Shown: positions 21,120-31,204 of the stretch, piece after piece
Layout of the letters: the number at the start of each line of letters is the position of its first letter
Numbering within the stretch: position 1 is the stretch's first letter
DNA from: Microcoleus sp.
GTDB taxonomy: Bacteria > Cyanobacteriota > Cyanobacteriia > Cyanobacteriales > Microcoleaceae
Direction of reading: 5' to 3'
Length of the DNA stretch: 64,000 bases
Assembly: GCA_052279835.1 (NCBI GenBank)
Contig: CP181291.1
Span: 3,776,001 to 3,840,000, forward strand
The notes under the pieces: model-generated
The model's database searches: none
What the model saw: the letters and a program-made list of their open reading frames with translations, nothing else
What the model was told of the DNA's origin: nothing
Made by a program: the position numbers and the translations under genes

Positions 21120-22001
21120 TTAGCCACGATAGCCTAAAGGCCCTCGTCGGACTGAGGTGAGAATCAACCTCAAATAAGGTAGCAGCCAATATATCGGCCA
21201 CAATATATTTGTGTGCCGCTGTACGAGCACTTTTGACTCTTTTGGACTAAAACCCTTGGGTTGCATTACCTTTTTCCAGCGATCGAGCAAACTCATGTTC
21301 GGGTCTTCCCAGCAGTTACCCTCAGACGGATTAGTCGAGCAGGTTCCGACGTATCCGGGGACTACCCAAACTGTACAGTTTTGTTGCACCGATCGCAAAC
21401 CGTAGTCAATATCTCCCATGCTGTGAATAAAAGCTGGATCTAAGTTACCCACTACTTCAACTACCTCTCGCGGTATCAAAACGCAGTTGCCGTTCATTGT
21501 ACTGCACTGCTGAGCTTCCGCGATCGGTTCCAGCAGGCGAAAATGCAGAGGATGCCACCAGCTAGTCCGCAACCAGCCCCCGTAAGTCAGCGCCCCAGTT
21601 GCCGCATCGCGAGTAGAACCCACTGCAATCGCTCGCCTGTGGCCTTGCTCCGCCAAGCTTCTGGACGTTGCCAGCATAGTGTTCACAGCCGACGGTTCCA
21701 GTACAGTGTCATCGTTGAGCCAGAGGTAGTAGTCATAATCATGCTTCATCGCTTCCGCCAATCCCTGCCGCATTCCCCCATTCCAGAACAAATTCCCATC
21801 TCCGCCGAGCAATTTCACCAGGGGATAAGTCTCCTGCACCGCTTCGGGAGTACCATCAGTGCTGGCAGCGTCCACTAAGTAGACTACCAGCAATACATCT
21901 GCTGGTAGTACCTGATTGAATAATGCCGCGAGACTAGCTAAGGTCTTTTGCTTGCGATTGTGGCAAGTTATGATTGTCGCTATAGTGCTGTGTGGTTTCA
22001 T
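21120..22001 (-). CDS. Glycosyltransferase family 2
   Basis: ITCHNR, LVDAASTDGT, WLNDD and GDIDYG motifs. Confidence 0.9.
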   Translation of the reverse strand: MKPHSTIATIITCHNRKQKTLASLAALFNQVLPADVLLVVYLVDAASTDGTPEAVQETYPLVKLLGGDGNLFWNGGMRQGLAEAMKHDYDYYLWLNDDTVLEPSAVNTMLATSRSLAEQGHRRAIAVGSTRDAATGALTYGGWLRTSWWHPLHFRLLEPIAEAQQCSTMNGNCVLIPREVVEVVGNLDPAFIHSMGDIDYGLRSVQQNCTVWVVPGYVGTCSTNPSEGNCWEDPNMSLLDRWKKVMQPKGFSPKESKVLVQRHTNILWPIYWLLPYLRLILTSVRRGPLGYRG

Positions 22002-22048
22002 CAATCTATAATAGTTTCATTCAATATTATTGTAGTCTGGAAAAAATT

Positions 22049-22807
22049 ATGAGGCAATTCCTCAAAAAAATAGCGTACAAAATGCTTAAGCCTATGGGAT
22101 TTGATGTCCCGCGAAAAGGCATGAGAACCTCTATGTACGGTATGCTCGATCAGTTGATCCAGTTGGGTTTTCAACCAGAAACAGTTATAGATGTCGGCGT
22201 TGCCTACGGGACTTTTGAATTGTACGAAAAGTTTCCCACAACCAACTTCTTACTGGTAGAGCCTTTGATCGAATACGAGAAAAACTTAAAAGCAATTTGT
22301 CAAAAATACCATGCTCAGTATATCATGGCCGGCGCCGGTGCTCAAGCGGGAAATATTACGATTAATGTTCACCCTCAACTCTACGGATCTTCTACTCTCA
22401 ACGAGTCAGAAGGGAGTCTTGCCGACGGTGTACCCAGAGAAATTCCTCTAGTTGTTCTCGATGATGTGTGCCGGGAAAAAAACTTAAAAGCACCTTATTT
22501 ATTGAAAATTGATGTCCAAGGTGCCGAGTTGAATGTTTTAGATGGCTGTCGTCAGATGCTTGAGGATACAGAAGTAATCATACTGGAAGTATCCCTGTTT
22601 CAATTCTTTGTTGGTGGCCCGCAATTATACGATGTTGTGAGTTATATGAAAGAGCGCGGATTCGTCACCTACGATATTTTTGGAGGTTATATCCGCCCTC
22701 TCGATGGAGCGTTGGCTCAGGTAGATATGGTGTTTGTTAAAGAAAACGGACTATTTAGAAAGTCTCATTTTTTTGCGACACCACAGCAGCGGAAACAGTT
22801 AGTTTAA
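22049..22807 (+). CDS. FkbM-family methyltransferase
   Basis: VIDVGVAYG and LKIDVQGAEL motifs. Confidence 0.9.
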   Translation: MRQFLKKIAYKMLKPMGFDVPRKGMRTSMYGMLDQLIQLGFQPETVIDVGVAYGTFELYEKFPTTNFLLVEPLIEYEKNLKAICQKYHAQYIMAGAGAQAGNITINVHPQLYGSSTLNESEGSLADGVPREIPLVVLDDVCREKNLKAPYLLKIDVQGAELNVLDGCRQMLEDTEVIILEVSLFQFFVGGPQLYDVVSYMKERGFVTYDIFGGYIRPLDGALAQVDMVFVKENGLFRKSHFFATPQQRKQLV

Positions 22808-24069
22808 TTGGCTGCACTGTTGGCGGCGCTGGCGAGTTCAGAAAACAGCGACAAGTAGCGGCGAGCTTGTATGTCTGAGGTGAATTCTTGTTCGACTTTC
22901 TGGCGCGCCCTGGTGCAGAGTTTTTGGTGTCGATCGGGATTTTCTAGTACCCATGCAATACCTGTAGCTAAATCTTCTGTTTCATAAGGTTTAGCTAAGT
23001 AGCCATTGGAGCAATGCTCGATCAAATCTGGCATTCCCCCAATCTTGAATCCGACACTGGGGATACCACAGGCTGCCGCTTCCATCACCGTATTCGGTAA
23101 ATTATCGTAAACAGAAGGAGCCACGAACACATCCGCTGCTGCATAAACTATTGCCAGAGAAACGTCATCAGCGAATTTACCTAAGTAATGGGTGTTAAAA
23201 CCAAGTTCAATCGGATTTGCCGAGCCAGAAGAGCCAAAAACTAGCAACTGTATGCGATCGTTCCAGCCCGATTTACTGAGACTTTGCAAAGCCGGTACTA
23301 GCAAGTTAAATCCTTTCCAGCGATCGCCCGTGCCACCAGCACCGCCAAAGAGTACAATTTGTTTATCTTGAGGTAAATTCAGGATTTCTCTAGCCCATTG
23401 CCGGTTGATGGGTTTGTACTTTTGAGTATTAATCCCATTCGGAATTACCTCAACTCGCTCGTCTTTAAACAGAGAACTAGAACTAGCACATTTCGCCAGC
23501 CAAGCACTAGGGCTAACCAAAGTTAAGTTAAGATTTTTCCAAGCTTTCGCTTTCCTCTGCCACACCCAACGCGACAAATCCCCATCCTTGCTGCTGTGGA
23601 GTTGGTGACAGCTACCGCAAGATTCAGTATAGCGATCGCACTCTTCGCTATAGTGACATCCACCCGTGAAAGGCCACATATCATGGAGAGTCCAGACTAG
23701 GGGCTTATTAAACTTCGGAATGGTTTCTACTTGCATATACCCGCCACAAACCCAGTGCAAATTAATAATATCTGGTTGGATTTTGGCAACTTTCGCAGTC
23801 AGGGAGTCTGGTAGCCATTGAGGAGAAAATATGGCGGGATTTCTCTGAGGATAAAGCCGTAATGGAGCATTTGATATAGTCGAAATAATCTTATCAAACT
23901 TGTTGGCTACCCCATCCTGTGATACAATGACATTTGCATCCCCACTTATCTTATTTTTCACCAGCATTTGGGAAGACACCCCAATCCCCTGCAAACCTGC
24001 GTGCAGTCTATAAGCTGCGCGGGCTGCACCACCTTCAGTATCAGAACTATTAAGAACTACAACCTTCAT
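22804..24069 (-). CDS. Glycosyltransferase family 4 (WcaC-like)
   Basis: GGAARAAYRLH, WTLHDMWPFTGGCHY and DNLPNTVMEA motifs. Confidence 0.9.
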   Translation of the reverse strand: MKVVVLNSSDTEGGAARAAYRLHAGLQGIGVSSQMLVKNKISGDANVIVSQDGVANKFDKIISTISNAPLRLYPQRNPAIFSPQWLPDSLTAKVAKIQPDIINLHWVCGGYMQVETIPKFNKPLVWTLHDMWPFTGGCHYSEECDRYTESCGSCHQLHSSKDGDLSRWVWQRKAKAWKNLNLTLVSPSAWLAKCASSSSLFKDERVEVIPNGINTQKYKPINRQWAREILNLPQDKQIVLFGGAGGTGDRWKGFNLLVPALQSLSKSGWNDRIQLLVFGSSGSANPIELGFNTHYLGKFADDVSLAIVYAAADVFVAPSVYDNLPNTVMEAAACGIPSVGFKIGGMPDLIEHCSNGYLAKPYETEDLATGIAWVLENPDRHQKLCTRARQKVEQEFTSDIQARRYLSLFSELASAANSAAN

Positions 24070-24100
24070 CTACCTTGCCTGTCCTCTAGATTTAGAACGT

Positions 24101-25039
24101 CTAATGCGATCGGATTTGTGTCAACACTTTATGGACTTTTTTTTGTATCTTCTTTAGCAGCGGCGGATCGTAATCATACAAAGTATTTTGAGTGAAATTA
24201 TCTGCTTGGGCGTCCCGAATTGCAAAGGGTGGGTGTTTCAACGGAAATGTTAGGGCTTCCGCTGCCATATTATTATATGGACTGGTGACATCCCCCGTGT
24301 GAGTTCCCCCCGTACCGTGTCCGATGTTAGAAGCTAAATTGACATTAGCTAGAATATTCATACCATTTTGAATAAAGCTAGCAAAAGCCCACTGGAAATC
24401 CCAAGTATCTATCTTTTTTTCATAACAAAGCTCAAAAGTATTTGTCCAAACTTTTACTGCTTGCGGATCTCCCAGTACATCCGCCAAAAAATTACCATCG
24501 CGAATTTCCGGCCACAACTTCATATCTAAATCGTAGTGCTGCCAAGCTCGTCTCCAAGTCGCCCAACTCCAGCAGTGATTGTAGCGAGAAAAGTAGTAGC
24601 TGTAATCAGTTCTTTTTCGCCCAAACTGAACATTTTGACCGGAGATTGACATGATTCGGCGATCGTCTCGGTAGCGATCGAGCAATTCTTCAGCGAAACG
24701 GAAAAATGTCGGATGAGGTAAACAGTCATCCTCAATAATAATCGCCTCTTCCACCATCTCAAACACCCAATTGATACCGCTGGAAACCCGTAGCCGACAG
24801 CCCAGATTTACATCAGCATAATTTTTCAATACTTCGCAGTCCCAATCTACTCGCTCAATAATGGCACGAACGCGATCGCAATCTCGGTCTTCCCCCAGTC
24901 TATCTGCACGGGGTCCGTCGGCAACTACTAAAAGTTTCGGTGGCTTCACTTTGCGAATTTCTGCAAACACCCTTTCGGTTTCTTCCGGGCGTTTAAAAAT
25001 AATAAATGCGACGGGAGTTTTCAATTGCCAATCCAACAT
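24101..25039 (-). CDS. GT-A fold glycosyltransferase
   Basis: FKRPEET, VADGPR, IEDDCLP and WSWATWRRAW motifs. Confidence 0.85.
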   Translation of the reverse strand: MLDWQLKTPVAFIIFKRPEETERVFAEIRKVKPPKLLVVADGPRADRLGEDRDCDRVRAIIERVDWDCEVLKNYADVNLGCRLRVSSGINWVFEMVEEAIIIEDDCLPHPTFFRFAEELLDRYRDDRRIMSISGQNVQFGRKRTDYSYYFSRYNHCWSWATWRRAWQHYDLDMKLWPEIRDGNFLADVLGDPQAVKVWTNTFELCYEKKIDTWDFQWAFASFIQNGMNILANVNLASNIGHGTGGTHTGDVTSPYNNMAAEALTFPLKHPPFAIRDAQADNFTQNTLYDYDPPLLKKIQKKVHKVLTQIRSH

Positions 25040-25059
25040 TTAAATTCTCTACTATAATT

Positions 25060-26259
25060 TTAATTCACAACATCAGCAGTCATATAGGATTTAAACTCAG
25101 CAAAATTCAGAACCATCACAGTCGCTATGAATGCCAGTGTATCATTTTTCGTCTGATAGGGCAAAAATCTATAGCGACCAGAAGCCATTCTAGGGTTGCT
25201 TTCTTGGTAGATAATATCTTGAGCAAAGTTGCCCCAGCGCTCATCTATTAAATCAATGGTCATGCCAGCATGGGCCGAAGGCAGTAGCATATTAGAGCCG
25301 TGCAGACCAATTACTAAACGGCTTTCTGCATACAAGTGGCATATTTCCTGTTCAATTTTTTCAGTAAAACTATCCACCCTATAATCTTTAATCCATTCTG
25401 GGAACTTAGTTGTTGTCCCCAGACCAGCCACTGCAAATTTAGCCGTTGGTATCTGCAACCTGATTTTCTTAAATACTTCCTGAATCATCAAATTTTGGAG
25501 CCCCAGTGCAATTTTTTGACCCTTCAGCTTTCTCAAAACTCGGAACAAAAAACGATTAACTAACAAACGATCTTCGCGCCAGATAAACGTAATTTTGATT
25601 TCTTCTCCATCAAAATTGTGTTTGGGTACTCTAGTAAACTTGGTGATGTCGAACCGACTCGGATGAGAATAGGCTTCGCTGACATAAATCTCCTCAAAAC
25701 GTTTAGTTTCTTCCTGCACAAACTCGGCCAAGCTGGGATAATACTCCAGACCATTTTTTAAAGAGATAGGTACTGTCCAGACTTCCGCCACTCCTTCGGG
25801 AACCATCCACCTTAAAAACTTAGGGACGATTGTAATTAGCCCAAATTCCGGGTTGCAATCCAAGTGTCTTTCTGCATTGAGTAACTTTAACAGGGAGTGA
25901 CCGTAAAGATAATCAATACAGTTTAAGATGATTACCCGATCGCACTTCTTAAAAATTTCTTTGGTGATTTCAAGTTTCTCAGGTCTCGGATTTTGGAGTG
26001 AATGGAGCAAGGGTTTTCCTAACCATTCTGCCATCCTCTTATCCCCAGAAAAAACCTCTCCTTTTGCTAAATCAACTTGAATGGATGTGTGAGACCCATG
26101 ACCAACTCTCAATACATCGATTATTTCAGTGTCAGAGTCCTTTAACTTAGATTTCACACAAATCTGAATCCCCTGCCATAGGACCTCGATGGGTGTGAGT
26201 GCAGCACCTGTTCTGGGACAATTGGATTGCTGCTGAATGTCGGGTTTGATTTTAATCAT
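25060..26259 (-). CDS. Hypothetical polysaccharide-locus protein, possibly GT61-like
   Basis: YGHSLLK and LVIGLHGSNM motifs; start overlaps the wzx stop. Confidence 0.55.
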   Translation of the reverse strand: MIKIKPDIQQQSNCPRTGAALTPIEVLWQGIQICVKSKLKDSDTEIIDVLRVGHGSHTSIQVDLAKGEVFSGDKRMAEWLGKPLLHSLQNPRPEKLEITKEIFKKCDRVIILNCIDYLYGHSLLKLLNAERHLDCNPEFGLITIVPKFLRWMVPEGVAEVWTVPISLKNGLEYYPSLAEFVQEETKRFEEIYVSEAYSHPSRFDITKFTRVPKHNFDGEEIKITFIWREDRLLVNRFLFRVLRKLKGQKIALGLQNLMIQEVFKKIRLQIPTAKFAVAGLGTTTKFPEWIKDYRVDSFTEKIEQEICHLYAESRLVIGLHGSNMLLPSAHAGMTIDLIDERWGNFAQDIIYQESNPRMASGRYRFLPYQTKNDTLAFIATVMVLNFAEFKSYMTADVVN

Positions 26260-27593
26260 TTTATTAATCCCATTATCCGAAAACCCGCTTTGTACAAGTT
26301 AAGCGATTTCCAAATTAATTTGCCAAAAGGCCGCAATTCCTTAATCATGAAATTGACTAAAATAATCACATAGAAATAAGTAATCAGAGTAGCTACCGTT
26401 GCACCAAGCGCTCCATAATTAGGAATCAGAAACCAGTTTAACCCCACATTAAAAATGGAGCCGATGACTGTCAAGTACAGACTGTACCGCAACTGACCCT
26501 CTATCGTAAAATAGGTGTTGCGCGCCACCCCAAAGTTACTCCCAAATTGCGCCCAAACATAGATTGCCAGTACCGCTGCTGAACTACTATACTTGTCACC
26601 GTAAAGCACCTTTACTATCCAAGGAGAAAGCAATGAAATTGGGAGTGCCACTCCCAACCATAGTATCATCATACTATCACAGTAAATTTGAAATTTATTC
26701 ATGTATTCTTCATAATTTTTATCTCTTAAATTAGCTAATTTGGGAAAAATAGATGAAGATATAATCATCGGCAAAAAATCGCAAATTTCGGAAATCTTAA
26801 CCGCCGCAGCATAATATCCCAGTTCAGCATTTTTATTCATCCCACCCAGCATGAGCTGATCGGTTTTCGAGTATAAGAAAACTGCAAATGCTGACAACAT
26901 AATCGGCCAACTCTCCCGCAGTAGTTCCTTGCCCCTAGACCAACTGAATTGCCAATCCTGAATTTTATTTCCCGTAAGCTTATAACAATATAAATAGGCC
27001 ATGCCGACGATCGCCACCTCTGCCAAGCGAATGCCTGCGAAGGCAAGTAGTGGTGCCCCCAGCATTACCAATCCAATTCTGACTCCGGCTACCAACAAAC
27101 AGACTGAATTCTTGGCCAGCACTGTATATTTTGACTGGACTTGGGACTCAAACCAAAAATTTATCGTCTCAAAAGCTTGAAATACCGTCCCGGCTGCGAT
27201 CAAGCCCACTAACCAGCGAGTCAGAGTGTCATTCGGCTTGAATAGGGAAATCATCACCACAGTTAACAACAGAGTGATGCAGCCACCAGTAAATTGCATC
27301 GCGAAGGCTGTCCCCAGGGTTTCGTTTTTGCATTCAGGATTGCGAGCGATATCCCGGATGACGATACCACCCAATCCCATGGTTGCTACCGAACTAAAGA
27401 CGGAAACAAAGGCGATCGAATAGTTGAGCAAACCAAATTGCACCGGCCCCAGATAGCGTGCCACCCAAAGCCCTACGATCAAACCCAGAGCCATCTGCAA
27501 AATTTGGTCCGTGAACAGCCACGCCAGATTCACGAGTACCTGACGAAGACCTGGCCCGATTTTTTGACTGACCACTGCTAGTTTATCTAACAT
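26256..27593 (-). CDS. wzx: Polysaccharide flippase
   Basis: Many TM helices; ARYLGPVQFG and LGYYAAAVKISE motifs. Confidence 0.9.
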   Translation of the reverse strand: MLDKLAVVSQKIGPGLRQVLVNLAWLFTDQILQMALGLIVGLWVARYLGPVQFGLLNYSIAFVSVFSSVATMGLGGIVIRDIARNPECKNETLGTAFAMQFTGGCITLLLTVVMISLFKPNDTLTRWLVGLIAAGTVFQAFETINFWFESQVQSKYTVLAKNSVCLLVAGVRIGLVMLGAPLLAFAGIRLAEVAIVGMAYLYCYKLTGNKIQDWQFSWSRGKELLRESWPIMLSAFAVFLYSKTDQLMLGGMNKNAELGYYAAAVKISEICDFLPMIISSSIFPKLANLRDKNYEEYMNKFQIYCDSMMILWLGVALPISLLSPWIVKVLYGDKYSSSAAVLAIYVWAQFGSNFGVARNTYFTIEGQLRYSLYLTVIGSIFNVGLNWFLIPNYGALGATVATLITYFYVIILVNFMIKELRPFGKLIWKSLNLYKAGFRIMGLIK

Positions 27594-27869
27594 TAGAAAG
27601 TTTTGAGTCCTTAAATAGATAAATCAGTTTGTTGAGACTTCGATAGTCAATTCAAATTCACCCTCTTGTAGAAAGTTTATCATAACCTTTCGCCGTCATC
27701 AACCATTTATTGAAAAACTTTTAGCTGTTCTCGTAGAGTTTTTTTTGGAAAGACTCACATAAAGGTAATAGTATAATTTACAAAGCCCATAGTAGTAATA
27801 ATACCATAGAGCAGACATCTACTCATTGGTCAAATTTTAAACTTAATCTAGATTGAGTCGGAATCCCGA

Positions 27870-29261
27870 TCAAGACTCCAACTCCCGTTGGTCGCTCAGG
27901 TGGGGCATGGATGAAGATTTGGCACTATCTATACTGAGCCTAACAGTCAGTATCACGTAGCCCAGCCAGACATCCCCAATCTCACCTATAGAACCTTCCG
28001 TTATATTATTTAAAATAATAAACACTAAGTAAATAATTGGGATTCCCGATTGAGATAGCGGGCGGCGACTCAGTTCTCTGACAGCAAAAATTAAATTAGT
28101 TAACAGAGAAACTAAAATTAGAATCATGCCTGGATAACCAAAAGAAAGCAAAACTGATATGGCACCATTGTGAGCCGTTTTGGGCTGAAACCCATTGGTC
28201 GTATATATAAAATAAGCTGGGGTTTGCTCTCCGACTTCATCTTGTTGAAAAAATCCATCAAATCCATAGCCAAACCAAGGACGCTGATTGGCTGCATCGA
28301 TTAATTTTGGCCAGAATTCCGTGCGTCCAGTCAAGGTCAAATCCTTTCCCAAGCCTCCCACAACAATGGACTCTAAGTTATCGATTATATAAACGCTGGC
28401 AATGATTCCCAGCACCGTAAATCCGACAATAGAAGTAAAAGCCCATTGAAATTTTAATTTACTCAAAAAACTTAATGATGATACTACAACTATGAGCATC
28501 AAACTATTAACTAAAGAACCGCCAGAGCTAGTAGCTCTCACCAAATAAAAGGAAAAAAACATTAATCCCAGAGCTATCCAGCGTTCTTTCTGAGTTTTAG
28601 CACCTTGGGAATAGTGAAGATACCAAAGTGCTGTACATATAACCATGATGCTACCGAAAGCATTTTTGTGACCCGTAATTCCGGCAAATTCACGTCCCAC
28701 ATTCGGGTGTCGCAAAAAACTAACTATAGCGAGGGAGGTATAGCCGGCTCGCAGTAACCCAGATAGCTCATGCCACTCATATCGTGAAGCTATATAAAAA
28801 GTAACAATTGTAAAACCTGTAAATGCCATTCCTGCTTTTAGTGTAATATCAGGAACTAGCGACCAAAGTGTCGATGTAATTGGCAATAAAAAATACACAA
28901 AAGCAGCAGGATTTCTCAAAATCACTGATGACAAACCTTCCACAAATTGCTTATTTAAAAACTTGACTAATCTGCCACATAAAAGAAATGCAATCCATGG
29001 ATAAAAAAGAAAAGGAATTTGATAAATAATTCCTTTTTCTGCTTCAGAAATATTTACAAAATGCAGGTAATTAAAAGGAGGTAAATTGACGTGAGGAGAT
29101 ACGAATATGTACAAAATAGTAAACCATCTTTCTAAAGTAAGACCAATTTTTTTTTGACTAGCTATCTGAAAGATGAAGAGAGTGAGAATAAATACGATCA
29201 ATCCTAATATAATTAGCAACAAATTATTGCTGAGAATTAGTTCCTTAATTATTTTTGCCAT
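27870..29261 (-). CDS. O-antigen ligase/Wzy-type polymerase family membrane protein
   Basis: GHKNAFG, GKDLTLTGRT.FW, RPWFGYG and AHNG motifs. Confidence 0.85.
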   Translation of the reverse strand: MAKIIKELILSNNLLLIILGLIVFILTLFIFQIASQKKIGLTLERWFTILYIFVSPHVNLPPFNYLHFVNISEAEKGIIYQIPFLFYPWIAFLLCGRLVKFLNKQFVEGLSSVILRNPAAFVYFLLPITSTLWSLVPDITLKAGMAFTGFTIVTFYIASRYEWHELSGLLRAGYTSLAIVSFLRHPNVGREFAGITGHKNAFGSIMVICTALWYLHYSQGAKTQKERWIALGLMFFSFYLVRATSSGGSLVNSLMLIVVVSSLSFLSKLKFQWAFTSIVGFTVLGIIASVYIIDNLESIVVGGLGKDLTLTGRTEFWPKLIDAANQRPWFGYGFDGFFQQDEVGEQTPAYFIYTTNGFQPKTAHNGAISVLLSFGYPGMILILVSLLTNLIFAVRELSRRPLSQSGIPIIYLVFIILNNITEGSIGEIGDVWLGYVILTVRLSIDSAKSSSMPHLSDQRELES

Positions 29262-29541
29262 AAATATATTTGTTTGAGTTCTAAGAGGTTCAAATTTGAG
29301 ATTTGAGATTGGGAATTAAAGAAGTGTTAATTAACTGGCGAGGGAATGTCGCTTGAGTGAGAAGTGCTATAGATTGTAGATTTCTTGAGCCCTATCAAAA
29401 ATCTTCTCGCCTCTGACTCTCTCCACCTCTAACACCACCATAGACAATATAGATGCACAACCGCCCGTCTGCCATAAACAAGGCATTTCCATGATGAGCG
29501 ATTAAACTGGTGAATGATGCTAGTAATCAAATAGGTAGCCT

Positions 29542-31026
29542 GTGGTTAAGACTGATTTTCCTAAACAAATAACCCTGTCCGTATTGAGTTTAACCTTGTG
29601 GACGATCGCCTGGGCGAGTATGATTTCCCTAGGACGCCCAGGGAGTGCTACCGCGCAAGTCCGATTACGTCCCGGTGCAGCCACCACACCCCCTACAGGG
29701 TTGAGGAGATCCCCGGAAAGCTATAAACTAGGTGGAGGCGATCGCATCCAAGTAGAAATACTGGAAGTACCCGAACTCACCCGCGGCTACGAAGTTCTCT
29801 CCGACGGTTCTGTCAACCTACCCCTAATCGGTTTAATATCAATCCGTGGCCTGACCTTAGTAGAAGCCACCACTATTATCCGCAACGCCTACCGCCGCGT
29901 CCTCAAAGACCCGATAGTCACAGTCAGCCTCGTCGCCGCCCGCCCCCTCAACGTCGGCGTCATCGGAGAAGTCACCAGGCCCGGAAACTTCACCATCGCC
30001 CTCGCTTCAGGTCCAGGTGTAACACCCTCAGTCCAATACCCAACCGTCACTCAAGCCATCAAACTCGCTGAAGGCGTCACTGGTGTCGCCGACATCCGTA
30101 ACATCCGTGTCCGCAGGCCCCAACCCGACGGGCCAGACCAAGTGCTCAACGTCAATCTATGGAAATTCTTGCAGGAAGGAGACATCTCTCAAGACATCAT
30201 TTTGCAAGACAGAGACACCATTGTGATTCCCACCGTCACCAACTTCAACCAAGCAGAAGCACGCCAATTCGCGACCGCCAACTTTTCTCCACCCCCAGAA
30301 AAACCTAGATCCATCTCCATAGTCGGCCAAGTCACCCGCCCTGGAGCTTACGTCGTCATTGGTGGGAACACTACCAACGACCTGAGCCGGGAAGGATTTC
30401 CCACCGTCATTAGGGCTATTCAGCTAGCCGGTGGCATCACTCCAGAGGCAGATATCCGTCAAATTCAAGTGCGTCGCATCACCAGAAAAGGCGAACAAAT
30501 TATCCCAGTTAACCTGTGGCAATTCCTAGAGTCCGGCGACGGGTCCCAAGATACCATCCTCCAGCAAGGAGATACAATCGTCGTTCCTAAAGCAACTATC
30601 GTCAACCCTGCCGAAGCTGGTCTCTTGGCTAACGTTAACTTTGCTCCCCCCGCCATCAATGTGTTTGTGGTAGGAGAAGTCAGAACTCCTCTGGAACCAA
30701 TCAAGCTGCCCGCCAATGCTACCTTGAATCAGGCTTTGCTCTCTAGAGGATTTTTTGGCTACGAAAACAACAGAGCTACTAGAGAGACTGTTGACCTAAT
30801 TCGTCTCAATACTGACGGTACGGCAACTAAACGCACGATCCAAGTCGATTTAACTCAAGGAATTAACGAGGAAAAAAATCCTCAACTCCGCAACAACGAT
30901 ACGATCGTAGTCTCGCGCAGCGGTCTCATCAAATTCGTAGACCGTATGAATACAGTCCTTGGACCCTTAGGTCCAGCTACCGGAGTGTTCAATTTTCTCA
31001 ACATTATCCGCTCTATATTCCGATGA
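29542..31026 (+). CDS. wza: Polysaccharide export (OPX) protein with SLBB repeats
   Basis: YKLGGGDRI, DGSVNLPLIG and repeated GEVTRPG/LAGG motifs. Confidence 0.9.
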   Translation: MVKTDFPKQITLSVLSLTLWTIAWASMISLGRPGSATAQVRLRPGAATTPPTGLRRSPESYKLGGGDRIQVEILEVPELTRGYEVLSDGSVNLPLIGLISIRGLTLVEATTIIRNAYRRVLKDPIVTVSLVAARPLNVGVIGEVTRPGNFTIALASGPGVTPSVQYPTVTQAIKLAEGVTGVADIRNIRVRRPQPDGPDQVLNVNLWKFLQEGDISQDIILQDRDTIVIPTVTNFNQAEARQFATANFSPPPEKPRSISIVGQVTRPGAYVVIGGNTTNDLSREGFPTVIRAIQLAGGITPEADIRQIQVRRITRKGEQIIPVNLWQFLESGDGSQDTILQQGDTIVVPKATIVNPAEAGLLANVNFAPPAINVFVVGEVRTPLEPIKLPANATLNQALLSRGFFGYENNRATRETVDLIRLNTDGTATKRTIQVDLTQGINEEKNPQLRNNDTIVVSRSGLIKFVDRMNTVLGPLGPATGVFNFLNIIRSIFR

Positions 31027-31204
31027 GCAGGTCTGGGGCAAAATTTCAGGAAGTCTTAATTTGGCGATCGGCCCCGATCGCTCGGTTAGAATAAACTAAG
31101 GAATAGCATTTTCCCGGAGTTGTGGCACTGTAGTATTTGGAATATCAACCTCTAAAATATCGGTAGCATCTTAAATATCAACCTCTCTAATACACACACT
31201 GAAT

